Shown: in pieces, positions 8,873-20,600 of the stretch
How the letters are laid out: each line of letters opens with the position of its first letter
Numbering within the stretch: position 1 is the stretch's first letter
Made by a program: the position numbers and the translations under genes
The notes under the pieces: model-generated
What the model was told of the DNA's origin: nothing
Database searches by the model: none
Seen by the model: the letters and a program-made list of their open reading frames with translations, nothing else
Source: Gemmatimonadota bacterium
GTDB taxonomy: Bacteria; Gemmatimonadota; Gemmatimonadetes; Palauibacterales; Palauibacteraceae
Direction: 5' to 3'
DNA: 64,000 nucleotides
Assembly (NCBI GenBank): GCA_965116475.1
Contig: OZ220691.1
Span: 3,168,001 to 3,232,000 of the forward strand

Positions 8873-10665
8873 ACGCTCGCCGCGCCGTACCCCTCTCGAT
8901 CTGCCTCCTCGCGGCGGCGACGGCCTGCGGCCCCGACGAACCGGCGGACGCGGAGGCGCCCTCGTACACCCAGACGCGCCCGAGCTTCACGGCGCGCCAG
9001 GGCAGCGACGCGACCACCTCGATCCGCTTCACCGACGTCACGGCGGCCGCGGGGATCGACTTCGTCCACGCCACGGGCGCCTTCGGAGAGAAGTGGATGC
9101 CCGAGACCATGGGCAGCGGCGTCGTCGTGCTCGATTACGACGGCGACCGGTGGCCCGACCTGTTCTTCGTGAACAGCACCGGCTGGGAGGGCCGCGCCGA
9201 GGATCGGGGCGCCCGGTCCATGCTGCTGCGGAACCTCGGGGACGGGACGTTTCGCGACGTCACGCGCGAGGCCGGCCTCGACCACCCCATCTACGGCATG
9301 GGAGCGGCGGCGGCCGACTACGACGCGGACGGGGACACGGACCTCTACGTGACGGCGGTCGGGAACAACCGGCTGTACCGGAACGATGGGGGGCGCTTCA
9401 CCGACGCGACCTCGGAGACGGGCACGGCGGGGAACGCGCCGGGCGCGGCCGATCCCGCCTGGTCCACGGCGGCGGCCTGGTTCGACGCGGACGGGGATGG
9501 ATGGCTCGACCTTCTCGCCTGCAACTACGTCGACTGGACGCCGGAGACCGACCTCTTCTTCACTCGCGACGGCGTGAATAAATCCTATGCGACCCCCGAA
9601 GAATACAACGGGGAGTCCTGCCGCCTCCTGCGGAACGAGCCGGCGGCCGGGGGCGCGGACACAGGCGCGTCCCCCGCGCGGCGCTTCCGGGATGTGACGG
9701 CCGAATCCGGTCTCGAGAATCCCGAGGGGAAGTCGCTCGGCATCGTCATCGACGACTTCACCGGGGACGGCCTTCCGGACGTCGCGATCGCGAACGACAC
9801 CTACCAGAACTTTCTCTACCGGAACGAGGGGGACGGGACGTTCGTCGATGTGGCGCTCGACGCGGGGGTCGCCTTCGACGAGTTCGGCCGGGCGCGGGCG
9901 GGGATGGGGGTCGACGTCGGGGACGTCCTCAACCGCGGACAGCTCTCGATCGCGATCGGCAACTTCTCGAACGAGCCGGTGTCGCTGTTCACGCAGATCC
10001 AGGCGGGGCTGTTCCAGGACCTGGCCGGGTCGGCGCGGCTCACGCGGTCGACGCTCCTGCCGCTGACGTTCGGGCTCCGCTTCGCGGATTTCGACCTCGA
10101 CCGCTACGTGGATCTCGTGCTCGGGAACGGCCACATCGAGCCGGAGATCGAGGCGATCCAGGGGGACGTGACCTTCGCGCAGCCGCCGCAATTGTTCCGG
10201 AACGACGGGCGCGGCGGGTTCATCGACGCCGGCGCGCTGGCGGGTGGGGGCTTCGATGAACCGATCGTGGCGCGGGGCGTGGCGACGCTCGACTTCGATC
10301 GGGACGGGGACCTCGACCTCGTGATCTCGACGAACGGCGGGCCGGCGAAGCTGTTCCGCAACGACCTCGAGGGCGGCCCCGGGTGGGTGCGGTTGCGCCT
10401 GGAGGGGGCGGCGCCGAATCTCGGCGCGGTCGGGGCGACGGTGCGGGTGTTCGTGGGAGACGCGGCGCAGCGGTTCACTGTCTCGACCGCCTCGTCCTAT
10501 CTATCGCAGTCCGAGGCGAACCCCGTGCTTGCCGGCCTGGGCGGGGCCGCGCGGGCGGACAGCGTCGTCGTGACGTGGCCGGGTGGCGATCGCACCGTGG
10601 TGGGTCCGGTGGAAGCCGGAGCGGAAGTCGTGATATCGAACGGAGAAGGAGAACGGGAGCCTTGA
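8869..10665 (+). CDS. CRTAC1-family FG-GAP repeat / ASPIC-UnbV lipoprotein
   Basis: Lipobox AATAC; FTDVTAAAGIDFVH, ETMGSG, repeated DxDxDGxxDL Ca-binding loops; C-terminal ASPIC/UnbV-like region (GATVRV...SSYLSQS...VTWPGG). Confidence 0.9.
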   Translation: MNARRAVPLSICLLAAATACGPDEPADAEAPSYTQTRPSFTARQGSDATTSIRFTDVTAAAGIDFVHATGAFGEKWMPETMGSGVVVLDYDGDRWPDLFFVNSTGWEGRAEDRGARSMLLRNLGDGTFRDVTREAGLDHPIYGMGAAAADYDADGDTDLYVTAVGNNRLYRNDGGRFTDATSETGTAGNAPGAADPAWSTAAAWFDADGDGWLDLLACNYVDWTPETDLFFTRDGVNKSYATPEEYNGESCRLLRNEPAAGGADTGASPARRFRDVTAESGLENPEGKSLGIVIDDFTGDGLPDVAIANDTYQNFLYRNEGDGTFVDVALDAGVAFDEFGRARAGMGVDVGDVLNRGQLSIAIGNFSNEPVSLFTQIQAGLFQDLAGSARLTRSTLLPLTFGLRFADFDLDRYVDLVLGNGHIEPEIEAIQGDVTFAQPPQLFRNDGRGGFIDAGALAGGGFDEPIVARGVATLDFDRDGDLDLVISTNGGPAKLFRNDLEGGPGWVRLRLEGAAPNLGAVGATVRVFVGDAAQRFTVSTASSYLSQSEANPVLAGLGGAARADSVVVTWPGGDRTVVGPVEAGAEVVISNGEGEREP

Positions 10666-10697
10666 GGAAATCCGAGTGGCGCCGCTGGAGCGGCGAG

Positions 10698-13600
10698 ATG
10701 TCGCGGCGACACGGCCTGCGGGCTGCGGCGTGTGTCGGAGCCCTCGCGCTGCTGGTCGCGTGCGGGGAGGCGGGAGCGCCGGTTCCGGAGGCGTCGCTGG
10801 CGGAGATCCTCGCCACGCGGGGCACGGCGGATGCGGCGCTCCAGCAGGACCGCCTGGAAGACGCGCGGGCCGACTACCAGCGCCTCGTCGAGATGGCGCC
10901 CGCGGAGGCCGCGGGGTACGCGGGGCTCGGCCTCACGGCGCTCAAGGCGGCGGACTACGAGACGGCCGAGGAGAACCTGCTCGAGGCGCGTGAGCGGGCG
11001 CCGGATGACCCGGAACTGGCGCTGGCGCTGGCGGCGCTGCGCACGGAGACCGGCGACTTCGGGGAGGCGCGGGCGCTGCTGGACGAGACGCTGGCGGCGG
11101 ACCCGGGCCACGCGCGCAGCCTGTGGGGGCTGGCCGAGGTGGAGGCCCGGGCGGCGGGCCCGGACGCCGATGCCCGCGCGGACGCCCTCGCGCGCTTGGC
11201 AGCGGCCGCGCCGGGCAACCTGGCCGCCCTCGCCGAACTCGCCGATGCGCAACTCGCGCGCGGCGAACTCGACGCCGCCCTCGGCACGATGGAGAGCCTG
11301 CGCCAGGTCGCCCCGGACTTCCGCCCCGGGCCGCGCGCGGCCTTCGAGGCCGCCGAAGATGCCCTCCTGGATGGCGACGCCCCGACGGCGATCGGCCAAT
11401 TCGCCGACTTCCGCGCCGCATTCGAGGTCACCTCGCCCTACCAGGCGAGCCTCGAAGAGCTGAGGCAGCCGGGCGGCCCCCTCGCCGGCGTCGCGCAACT
11501 CGACTTCAGCTTCCTCGTCACCCTCCGCGTCCAGGAGCCGGACGCCGTGCTCGCCGCGCTGCGCTACACGGAGGCGTCCGATCTGGCCGGGCTCGCGGCG
11601 CTCGCTTCCTCGTCCGAGGCGGGGGCCGGGGCGGAGACCCCGGTGGCCGCCGCGACGGCCATCGGCGATTTCGACGGCGACGGCGACGAAGACCTGCTGT
11701 GGAGCCGGGGCGGGGAAGGGCGCGCCCTGCGCGTCGACCTCGGCCGCTACGTGGACGCCTCCGATGAGGCCGGGGTTATCGACGCCGGCGATGCCGCGGT
11801 GGCGATCTGGTTCGACTTCGACGACGACCGCCGCCTCGACGCCTGGTTCGCCGGGAGCGCGCCGCGCGCCTACCGCAACGAGCCGGCCGGAGGTTTCAGC
11901 GAGATCGCGCTCCCGTCGCCGGCGGGTGCGGCCGGCGCGGCGACCTCCGCGGCGACCTCCGCCGCCCATGGCGTGTTCGCGGCCGATCTGGATCAGGACG
12001 GGGATCTCGACGTGTTCGAGGCCCACACGGGCGCAAACCGCCTCTTCCGCAACAACGGCGACCTCACCTTCTCGGAGATGGCCGCCGGCTTCGGCCTCGC
12101 GGGCCCGGCGGATGCCGACACCCGTGGCGCGGCCTTCGGCGATCTGGACGACGACCGCGATCTCGACATCGTGCTCGCCGAGGGCGCCGGCGGCCTCCGC
12201 CTCCTGGACAACGAGCGCGCCGCCACCTTCGCAGAGCGGACGGAGCGCCTCTCCGGCGCCGCGGCCGAGGCGGCGCAGGCGGTGGCGATCGGCGACGTGA
12301 ACGGAGACGGCCGGCTCGACATCGCGGCCGCCGGCGCCGACCGGGTCCGTCTGCTGCACGGCTCGCCTTCCGACGCCTTCACGCTCGCCGCCACCGCGCC
12401 GCTGAACGGTCTCGTCCCCACCGACCTGCTCTTCGTCGACTTCGACAACGACGGCCGGCTGGATCTCGCGGTGGCCGGCACGCCTCCGGATTCGGATGCG
12501 GGGACCGGCGCCGGGTCAGAGTCCGAGTCCGGCTCCGGGCTGCGGCTCTTCCGCAACGAAGGGGAAGGGCGGCTGGCGCCGGCCAACGACTTCCTCCCGG
12601 ATCTCCCCTTCGCGCTGCGCGCCGTTCGTTCGTTCGACTACAACGAGGACGGCGACGCCGATCTCCTCGTGCTCGGCGCCGACGGAAACCCGCGCCTCCT
12701 GCGCAACGACGGCGGGAACGCGAACCACTACTTCAGACTCGACCTCGCCGGGCTGGGCGAGGGCAGCCGCAAGAACAACCGCTTCGGGATCGGCGCCCGC
12801 GTCGAGGTGCGGGCCGGGGACCTCTTCCAGGTCCACACCGTCACGGACCCGACGACCCTCATCGGCCTCGATGGACGCCTCAAGGCCGACGTCGTCCGCG
12901 TCTACTGGCCGAACGGCGTCCCGCAGGACCTCTACTTCCCGGGCACCGACCAGGACCTCGTCGAGGAGCAGACGCTCAAGGGTTCCTGCCCCATGCTCTA
13001 CGTGTGGGACGGCGACGGGTTCGAGTTCGTGGGCGACATGATGTGGAAGAGCGCCCTCGGCATGCCCCTCGGCATCCTCGGCGGCGGCCAGCGCGCCTAC
13101 GCCCCCGCCTTCCCGTCGCAGGAGTACCGGCGCCTCCCGGACGGCGTGCTCCAGCCACTGGACGGCGAGTACGTGATGCAGATCACCGAGGAACTGTGGG
13201 AGACGATCTACGTGGACGGCGTGAACCTCGTCGCCGTCGACCATCCCTCCGAGATCGACGTGTACGTGAACGAGGCCTTCATCCCGCCCGCCCCGATCGA
13301 CCTCGAACTGTGGCGGGTCGGCGAGCGGCACGCCCCGGTCTCGGCCACGGATGAGGACGGGCGGGATCACCGCGAAGCGCTCGCCGAGCGCGACTTCGAC
13401 TACGTCTCATCCTTCCGCCCCGGCCGCTTCCAGGGCATCGCCGAGCCGCACGAACTCATCCTCGACCTCGGCCCCGAGGCCGCCTCCGGCGACGTCACCC
13501 TCTTCCTCACGGGGTGGATCTTCCCCACGGACGCGAGCATCAACGTGGCGATGGGACAGTCCGACGCGCTCGCGCCGCACTTCCCGGAACTCGACGTGAT

Positions 13601-14269
13601 GGGCCCCGGCGGCGAGTGGCAGCCCGCGATCCCCGGCCTCAGCTTCCCGTCGGGCAAGGACAAGACGGTCGTCGCCGATCTGCGCGGCCTCTTCCCGACC
13701 GACGACCGCCGGGTGCGGATCCGCACGAACCTCATGGTCTACTGGGACGAGGCCTTCTTCACGACCGGCCCCGCGCACCCGGGCGAGGACGAGGCGCGCG
13801 TGACGTCCCTCGCGCCGGAGAACGCGGACATCCATTACCGCGGGTTCGCGCGCGAGTTCAGAAAGGGCGGCCGCTACGGCCCCCACTGGTTCGACTACGA
13901 CTCCGTCACGGTCGAGCCCCGCTGGCACGACCTGTTCGGCCTCTACACGCGCTTCGGCGACGTGACCGACCTCGTGACCGAGGGCGACGACCGCTACGTG
14001 ATCCAGAACGCCGGCGACGAGATCACCCTCCGCTTCGACGCCGGGGCCTTCCCCGCGCTGTCGGACGGCTGGAAGCGGACCTTCCTCATCTACTCCGACG
14101 GCTGGGTGAAGGACGGCGACCTCAACACCGCCACCGGCGACCGCGTCGTGCCGCTCCCGGCCCGAACGCTGTCCGGCTATCCGCCGTCGCCGGAGGAGGG
14201 TCGCGCCGAAGCCCCCGATGCGGCACTCGCGGACTACCTCACCCGCGTCATCCCACCCCCGGAGGACCG

Positions 14270-14273
<4 letters not shown>
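10698..14273 (+). CDS. TPR + FG-GAP + ASPIC/UnbV lipoprotein with large C-terminal domain
   Basis: Lipobox LLVAC; TPR region; many DxDxDGD repeats; NRFGIGARVEV...WPNG; KGSCPMLYVWDG and EELWET motifs. Start may be the TTG at 10662. Confidence 0.85.
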
Positions 14274-14629
<356 letters not shown>

Positions 14630-14632
14630 GAC

Positions 14633-14661
14633 TGGCAATCCCGAACCGGGATACGTAGGTT
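14633..14661 (+). promoter_or_regulatory. higBA promoter with operator palindrome
   Basis: TGGCAA-17 bp-TAGGTT; palindrome ATCCCG-AAC-CGGGAT (14638-14652) lies in the spacer; ATG is 7 nt after the -10. Confidence 0.6.
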
Positions 14662-14668
14662 CGCGGCC

Positions 14669-14962
14669 ATGCGGATCTTCTCGAAGAGGACGCTGCGTGA
14701 ATTCTGGGAGAGGGAACCCGGGGCCGAACAGCCGCTGAAGGCGTGGCATGCCGTCGCGAGGAAAGCCGACTGGTCCTCCCCGGCGGATGTGAAGGCTCTC
14801 TACCGAAGCGCGAGTATCGTAGGGAACCACCGAATGGTGTTCAACATCGGGGGCAACAGGTATCGGCTGATCGTCCGCTTCGACTATTCGTACGGCTTCG
14901 CGTTCGTGCGGTTCGTGGGAACGCACGAGGAATACGACAAGATCGACGCAGCAGAGGTGTAG
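14669..14962 (+). CDS. higB: Type II toxin, HigB family
   Basis: MRIFSKRTLREFW...W..PADVKA...VFNIGGNRYRLI...FVGTHEEYDKIDA. Confidence 0.92.
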   Translation: MRIFSKRTLREFWEREPGAEQPLKAWHAVARKADWSSPADVKALYRSASIVGNHRMVFNIGGNRYRLIVRFDYSYGFAFVRFVGTHEEYDKIDAAEV

Positions 14963-14972
14963 GAGGCGTACC

Positions 14973-15344
14973 ATGACGATTCGACCAGTCCGGACCGAGG
15001 CCGATTACGATGCGGCCCTTGCCGAGATTGATCGGTTGATGGGCGCAGCGCCGGGCACGCCGGAGGGCGATGCGCTCGAGGTGCTCGTGACGCTTGTCGA
15101 ACGTTACGAAGCGGAGCATTGGGTGATCGGTGCACCGGACCCGCTCGCCCTCATTGAACATGTGATGGAGGCCCGTGGTCTACGTCAGAAGGATCTCGCG
15201 GCGGTGATCGGATCACAGCCGCACGCCTCGGAGGTGCTGCACCGTCGCCGTCCTCTCTCTTTGGCCATGATTCGCGCCCTCGCTGCAGAGTGGAGCCTGC
15301 CCGCCGACGTGCTCGTTCGCGAGTACGACCTCGCGACGCCCTGA
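14973..15344 (+). CDS. higA: Antitoxin HigA (HTH)
   Basis: IRPVRTEADYDAAL...LVERYE...PDP...GLRQKDLA...SEVL..RRPLSLAMIRAL; lies directly downstream of higB. Confidence 0.92.
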   Translation: MTIRPVRTEADYDAALAEIDRLMGAAPGTPEGDALEVLVTLVERYEAEHWVIGAPDPLALIEHVMEARGLRQKDLAAVIGSQPHASEVLHRRRPLSLAMIRALAAEWSLPADVLVREYDLATP

Positions 15345-15450
15345 CCCGAGGACCTTGCGGCTTTCGTCGCCGCCGCCATCCGGACGGACCCGGCGTGCGC
15401 CGGGGAACGGTTCGGGCGAGACGAGTAGAAGTCGCTCGACGTCGGGACGA

Positions 15451-15999
15451 TCAGATATCGGGCGTGAAGATGGCTTCCAGGTCGATTTCGCCGACCGATT
15501 CAGCTCCAAGCCTGACCGGGAGGGTCGTCGTGAAGCGCTCGTGCACGGGCTCTTCCCCGAACCGCCACATGTCGACCGTGTTCTCGTCCGGATCCACGAT
15601 CCAATACTCACGAACACCTTGACGCTCGTAGAGCCGGAGCTTGATGGTGCGGTCGCGGCCCGCTGTTGACGGGGAGAGGATCTCCACGACGAGGTCCGGG
15701 GCACCCACGATGCCTGCCTCCGCGATGATCTCGCGCCGCGCCCGGGACACGAAGATGATGTCGGGTTGGACGCCTTCCCCGGTGGCCGGGAACTCGACGC
15801 CGTACGGCGCGACGAAGATCTCGCCCAGGCCGGGCCGTTCCAGAATCCGGTCGAGGGCATACTGCAGCCGCTTGCTCACACGCGCATGGCGCGTGCCGGG
15901 TGCGGGGGTCACGTGGAGGTCGCCCTCGATCGCCTCGTAGCGATTGCCATCGTCCGGCATCTGCTGGACGTCTTGCCAGGTGATCGAGGGAAGCGGCAT
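15451..15999 (-). CDS. Uma2 (DUF820) family endonuclease-like protein, copy 1
   Basis: RYEAIEGDL..TPAP...H, QPD, APDLVVEILSPST..RD...KLRLYERQGVREYWIVDP. Confidence 0.92.
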   Translation of the reverse strand: MPLPSITWQDVQQMPDDGNRYEAIEGDLHVTPAPGTRHARVSKRLQYALDRILERPGLGEIFVAPYGVEFPATGEGVQPDIIFVSRARREIIAEAGIVGAPDLVVEILSPSTAGRDRTIKLRLYERQGVREYWIVDPDENTVDMWRFGEEPVHERFTTTLPVRLGAESVGEIDLEAIFTPDI

Positions 16000-16045
16000 G
16001 GTCGGCACATCATAGCTCCGGGCGGGAGTCGTCTCCAAGTCCGAC
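16000..16045 (-). repeat. 46-bp promoter-containing segment identical to 17461-17506
   Basis: ggtcggcacatcatagctccgggcgggagtcgtctccaagtccgac occurs upstream of Uma2 copies 1 and 3. The minus strand reads TTGGAG-18-TATGAT-9-ATG. Confidence 0.9.
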
Positions 16046-16121
16046 CCTACGGTCGCCCGAACTCTCAACCGGCTCTCAACGCCCGCTTGCGAACACCCTC
16101 AGGTCGTGCCCTTGTAAGGAC

Positions 16122-16355
16122 ATGGCCAGTCTTGCGTTGGATCTGCCCGAAGACCTGCTCGAGCGCCTCCGTCAGCGAGCGCGGGAAGACCGCGTCACGA
16201 TCCGCGAGGTGGTGCTCGCCGCCATCGAACGCGAGGTGGAGCGGTGGGAGTTTCGCGAGCACCTGGTTTCGCGCCCGACGGCCGATCTCGGTGTCAAAGC
16301 GGCCCGGTTGATCCGCGAAGAACGAGCCCGGCGCGAGGGCGGGGAGGAACCCTAA
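16122..16355 (+). CDS. Small ribbon-helix-helix antitoxin-like protein (orphan)
   Basis: MASLALDLPEDLLERLRQRARED...IREVVLAAIERE resembles FitA/VapB-type RHH proteins; C-terminal LIREERARR. Confidence 0.65.
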   Translation: MASLALDLPEDLLERLRQRAREDRVTIREVVLAAIEREVERWEFREHLVSRPTADLGVKAARLIREERARREGGEEP

Positions 16356-16900
16356 AGGTCGGAAGCGAACACCGCTTCAAGGTCGATCGAGCCGACTTCT
16401 TCCGTTTCGAGCCTAACCGGTAGAGTCGTGGTGAAACGCTCGCGTTCGGGCTCTCTTCCGAACCGCCACACGTCGACGGCGTGCTCGTCCGGGTCGACGA
16501 TCCAATACTCCCTCACGCCCTGCCGTTCGTAGAGGCGGAGCTTGAGGCCGCAGTCGCGCGCCGCGGTGGTTGGCGAGAGGATCTCGACTGCGAGGTCCGG
16601 CGCACCGGTAAGCCCCGCCTGCGTGATGATTCCACGGCGCTCGTTGGAGACAAACAGCAGGTCCGGCTGCACGCCCTCTCCGGTGGTCGGGAACTCGACC
16701 CCGACGGGAACCCCCACCACGACCCCGTGTCCCGGCTCCTCCAGCATCCGGTGGAGTCCGATGCCGAGCCGAAGGCTCACGCGCTGGTGACGGAAAGTCG
16801 GGGCGGGAGTCATATAGAGGTCGCCCTCGATCGCCTCGTAGCGATTGCCGTCGTCCGGCGTCTGCTGGACGTCCTGCCATGTGATCGAGGGAAGCGGCAT
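16352..16900 (-). CDS. Uma2 family protein, copy 2
   Basis: Same motifs as copy 1; near-identical N-terminus. Confidence 0.92.
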   Translation of the reverse strand: MPLPSITWQDVQQTPDDGNRYEAIEGDLYMTPAPTFRHQRVSLRLGIGLHRMLEEPGHGVVVGVPVGVEFPTTGEGVQPDLLFVSNERRGIITQAGLTGAPDLAVEILSPTTAARDCGLKLRLYERQGVREYWIVDPDEHAVDVWRFGREPERERFTTTLPVRLETEEVGSIDLEAVFASDL

Positions 16901-16914
16901 GGTCGGCGGGCGGC

Positions 16915-17460
16915 TCAGAAACCGGGAGCGAAGACCGCTCGCACGTCGATCTCACCGGCCCGTTCGGCTCCGAGCCTGACGGGGAGGGTCTCCGTGAAGC
17001 GCTCGTGCACGGACTCGCTTCCGAACCGCCAGACGTCGACAGCGCCCTCGGCAGGGTCGACGATCCAGTATTCCCTCACCCCCTGCCGCTCGTAGAGTTC
17101 GAGCTTGATGGTGCGGTCCCGGTGGGCCGTAGAGGGAGAGAGGATCTCGATGACCAGATCCGGGGCGCCTCTCAGCGACGCTTCCCCGATGATCCCGCGC
17201 CGTTCGCTGGACACGAACAGGAGGTCCGGCTGCACACCCTCGCGGGTATCCGGGAACTCGACGCCGACCGGGGCGACCAGTAGTACGCCGCGTGGCCTCG
17301 TGAGCAGTGGACGCAGGGCGTCGTACAGGCGCAGCAGAAGGATCTGATGGCGCGGCGTGGGGGCGGGCGTCACGTAAAGATCGCCCTCGATCGCCTCGTA
17401 GCGATTGCCGTCGTCCGGCATCTGCTGGACGTCCTGCCAGGTGATCGAGGGAAGCTGCAT
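16915..17460 (-). CDS. Uma2 family protein, copy 3
   Basis: Same motifs; ATG at 17460 by homology to the other copies. Confidence 0.92.
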   Translation of the reverse strand: MQLPSITWQDVQQMPDDGNRYEAIEGDLYVTPAPTPRHQILLLRLYDALRPLLTRPRGVLLVAPVGVEFPDTREGVQPDLLFVSSERRGIIGEASLRGAPDLVIEILSPSTAHRDRTIKLELYERQGVREYWIVDPAEGAVDVWRFGSESVHERFTETLPVRLGAERAGEIDVRAVFAPGF

Positions 17461-17506
17461 GGTCGGCACATCATAGCTCCGGGCGGGAGTCGTCTCCAAG
17501 TCCGAC
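17461..17506 (-). repeat. 46-bp promoter-containing segment identical to 16000-16045
   Basis: Direct sequence identity read by eye. Confidence 0.9.
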
Positions 17507-17648
17507 TCCACCATGCCGAGCGTCATCATCCCGCCCTCAACGCCGTCCCCGCGCGAGTCGGCGGTCTTGTCAGCCGGGCTTGCCCGGCGCACCGTGCGTT
17601 CCCGGCACATTTCCGGCATTCGTCCAGCTCAACCCGGCGAGGCACAAC

Positions 17649-20600
17649 ATGCGCGTCCGACCCTTCTGCGCGTTCTTCGCGCTTCTCATCCTCTCCCTTC
17701 CGGCGGTCGCCCCGCTGGCGGCGCAGTCGGCCCCCGATCCGGCGGCCTACGAGACGCTCCGCTGGCGGAACATCGGCCCGGAGGGGAACCGCTTCAGCGC
17801 GGCGGCGGGGATCCCCGGCCAGCCGTACACCTACTACGTGGGCGCGGCCTCCGGCGGGATCTACAAGACGACGGACGGAGGTGTGAACTGGGACGAAATG
17901 TTCGACGACCAGCCGGTGCAGTCGATCGGCTCGCTCGCCGTCTCTCCGACGGACCCCAACATCGTCTGGACGGGGACGGGGGAGGGGAAGATCCGCAGCC
18001 ACATCTCCATCGGGCAGGGGGTCTACAAGTCGACGGACGCGGGGGAGACGTGGACGCTCATGGGACTCGAACCCACCGGACGGATCCCGCGCCTCGTCAT
18101 CCATCCGACGAACCCGGACATCGTCTACGTGTGCGCGCTGGGCCACTCCTACGGGCCGCAGCCGGAGCGGGGCGTCTACCGCACCACCGACGGTGGGGAG
18201 AGCTGGGAGCACGTCCTCTTCATCGACGAGGACACAGGGTGCTCGGACATCGCGATGGACCCGTCGAACCCGCGCATCCTCTTCGCGGGCACGTGGCAGC
18301 TCGAGATCCACACGTGGGGGCGGACGAGCGGCGGTCCGGGCGGGGGCCTGCACGTGTCGCGCGACGGCGGGGACACGTGGGAGAAGCTGAACGGCCCGGA
18401 CAACACGATCGGCCTGCCGAAGAAGCCGGTCGGCAAGGTGGCCGTGGCGGTCGCGCCCTCCAACCCGCAGCGGGTCTATGCGATGCTGGAGACGGGGGAC
18501 GGGATCCCGTGGGACGGCGAACCCACGGAGGACGGCCAGTTGTGGCGCTCGGAGGACGGCGGCCGCACATGGGCGCTCATCACCCGCAACCGGAACGCGA
18601 TGGGACGGCCGCACTACTACTCGCGCGTCGTGATCTCGCCCGACGACGAGGACGAGGCCTACTTCCTCACCGCCTCCTTCACGGTGTCGACGGACGGGGG
18701 ACGCACGCTCGACGTGACGCCGCGCCCGCAGGCGCCCGGCGGCGACCACCACGACATGTGGATCGACCCCACGAACCCGGACCGCATGATCGTGGCGCAC
18801 GACCAGGGTCTCTCGATCTCGATCAACCGCACGAAGACGTGGTTCCGGCAGCGGCTCACGAACGCGCAGATGTACCACGTGACGGTGGACAACGCGGTCC
18901 CCTACAACGTGCTCGGCAACAAGCAGGATGAGCCGACCTACCGCGGCCCCAGCAACAGCCGGATCCTCGGCACCCGGCGCATCAACCACATCCCGCGCGG
19001 CATGTGGCACCACGTCGGGGGCGGCGAGAGCGGCTTCGCCACGCCGGATCCGACCGACCCCAACATCGTGTGGTCCTCGGCTTCGGGGTCGGGGATGGTG
19101 GGGGGCATCGTCGTCCGCTACGAGGAGGAGCGCCGGCAGTACCGGCCCGTCGAGGTGTGGCCGGAGCAGAGCCGCGGGCCGGCCTCCGGCGTCCGCTACC
19201 GCTTCATATGGGACGCGCCGGTCCACATCTCCCCGCACGACAACGAGACGGTCTACGTGGGGAGCCAGCACGTGCACCGCACCCGGAACCGCGGGCAGAG
19301 CTGGGAGGTGATCAGCCCGGACCTGACGCTGAACGACCGCAGCCGGATGGGCCTCTCGGGCGGGCTCACGGGCGACAACATCGGCGTGGAGTACGCCGGG
19401 ACCGTGTTCGGGATCGCGGAGTCGCCGATCGAGGCGGGGCTCATCTGGGCGGGCACGAACGACGGCAAGCTCCACATCACGCGGGACGGCGGCGAGAACT
19501 GGACGGACGTCACGGGCAACGTCGACGGGCTGCCCGAGTGGATTGCCGTGCGCAGCATCGCGCCCTCGCGCTACGACGCGGGCACCGCCTACATCGCGGC
19601 CGACGGCCACCAGGTGAACATCCGCGACCCGCACGTCTACCGGACGCGCGATTTCGGGGCCTCGTGGGAGAAGATCACCGACGGGATCCCGCCCAGCATG
19701 CTGAGCTACACGAAGATCATCGTCGAGGACCCGGTGCGGCCGGGGATGCTCTACGTGGGGACGGAGAACGCGATCTACGTCACCTTCAACGACGGGGACG
19801 ACTGGCAGCCGCTGCAGAACAACCTGCCGGCGGCGCCGGTGTCGGGGATCGTCGTCCAGGAGCACTTCAACGATCTCGTGGTCGGCACGTACGGGCGCGG
19901 GTTCTGGATTCTCGACGACCTGTCGCCGATCCAGCAGTTGACGCCGGAGGTGATGGCCTCGGCCTCGCACCTGTTCGAGCCGCGCGCCGCCTACCGCTTC
20001 CGGCCCATCACGCCGCCCTCGATCCCGTACGACGACCCCACGATCGGCGAGGACCCGGAGTACGGCGCCTCGCTCAACTACTGGCTCGCGGCGGAGGCCT
20101 CCGAAGCGCCGGCGATCGAGATCCTGGACGACGCGGGGGCGGTCGTGCGCACGCTGGAGGGGCCGAACCGGGCGGGCGTGAACCGGATCCACTGGGATCT
20201 GCGGGACGAGCCCAACGAGCCGATCCGCATGCTCACGCCGCCGAGGTACGCCGAGCACATCGAGGTCGGGGACGACGGACGGCCGGCGCCGGGAGGGCAG
20301 CAGATCTCGATTCTCATGCCGCCGGGACAGTACACGGTGCGGCTCACGGCGGACGGGGCGACGCACGAGCAGCCGCTGACGGTCCTCAAGGACCCGCATT
20401 CGGCGGGGACGGAAGCGGACATCGCCGAGCAACTCGCCTTCATCCGCGAGGTGCGGGAGGACGTGGTGCGGGCGGGCGAGGCCGTGCACCGCGTCGAGGC
20501 CATGCGCGTGCAGCTCCGGACGCTGTCGCGGTTTGCGGATGACGAGGATCTCGCGGCGTCGGTCGAGGAGCTGAGGCAGAAGCTGATCGATGTTCAGGAG

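Noticed and set aside
15451..17506. Diversity-generating retroelement or CRISPR reading of the Uma2 repeats
   Set aside because: No reverse transcriptase or cas genes in the window, all three copies are intact ORFs, differences are not adenine-restricted, and there is no repeat-spacer periodicity.
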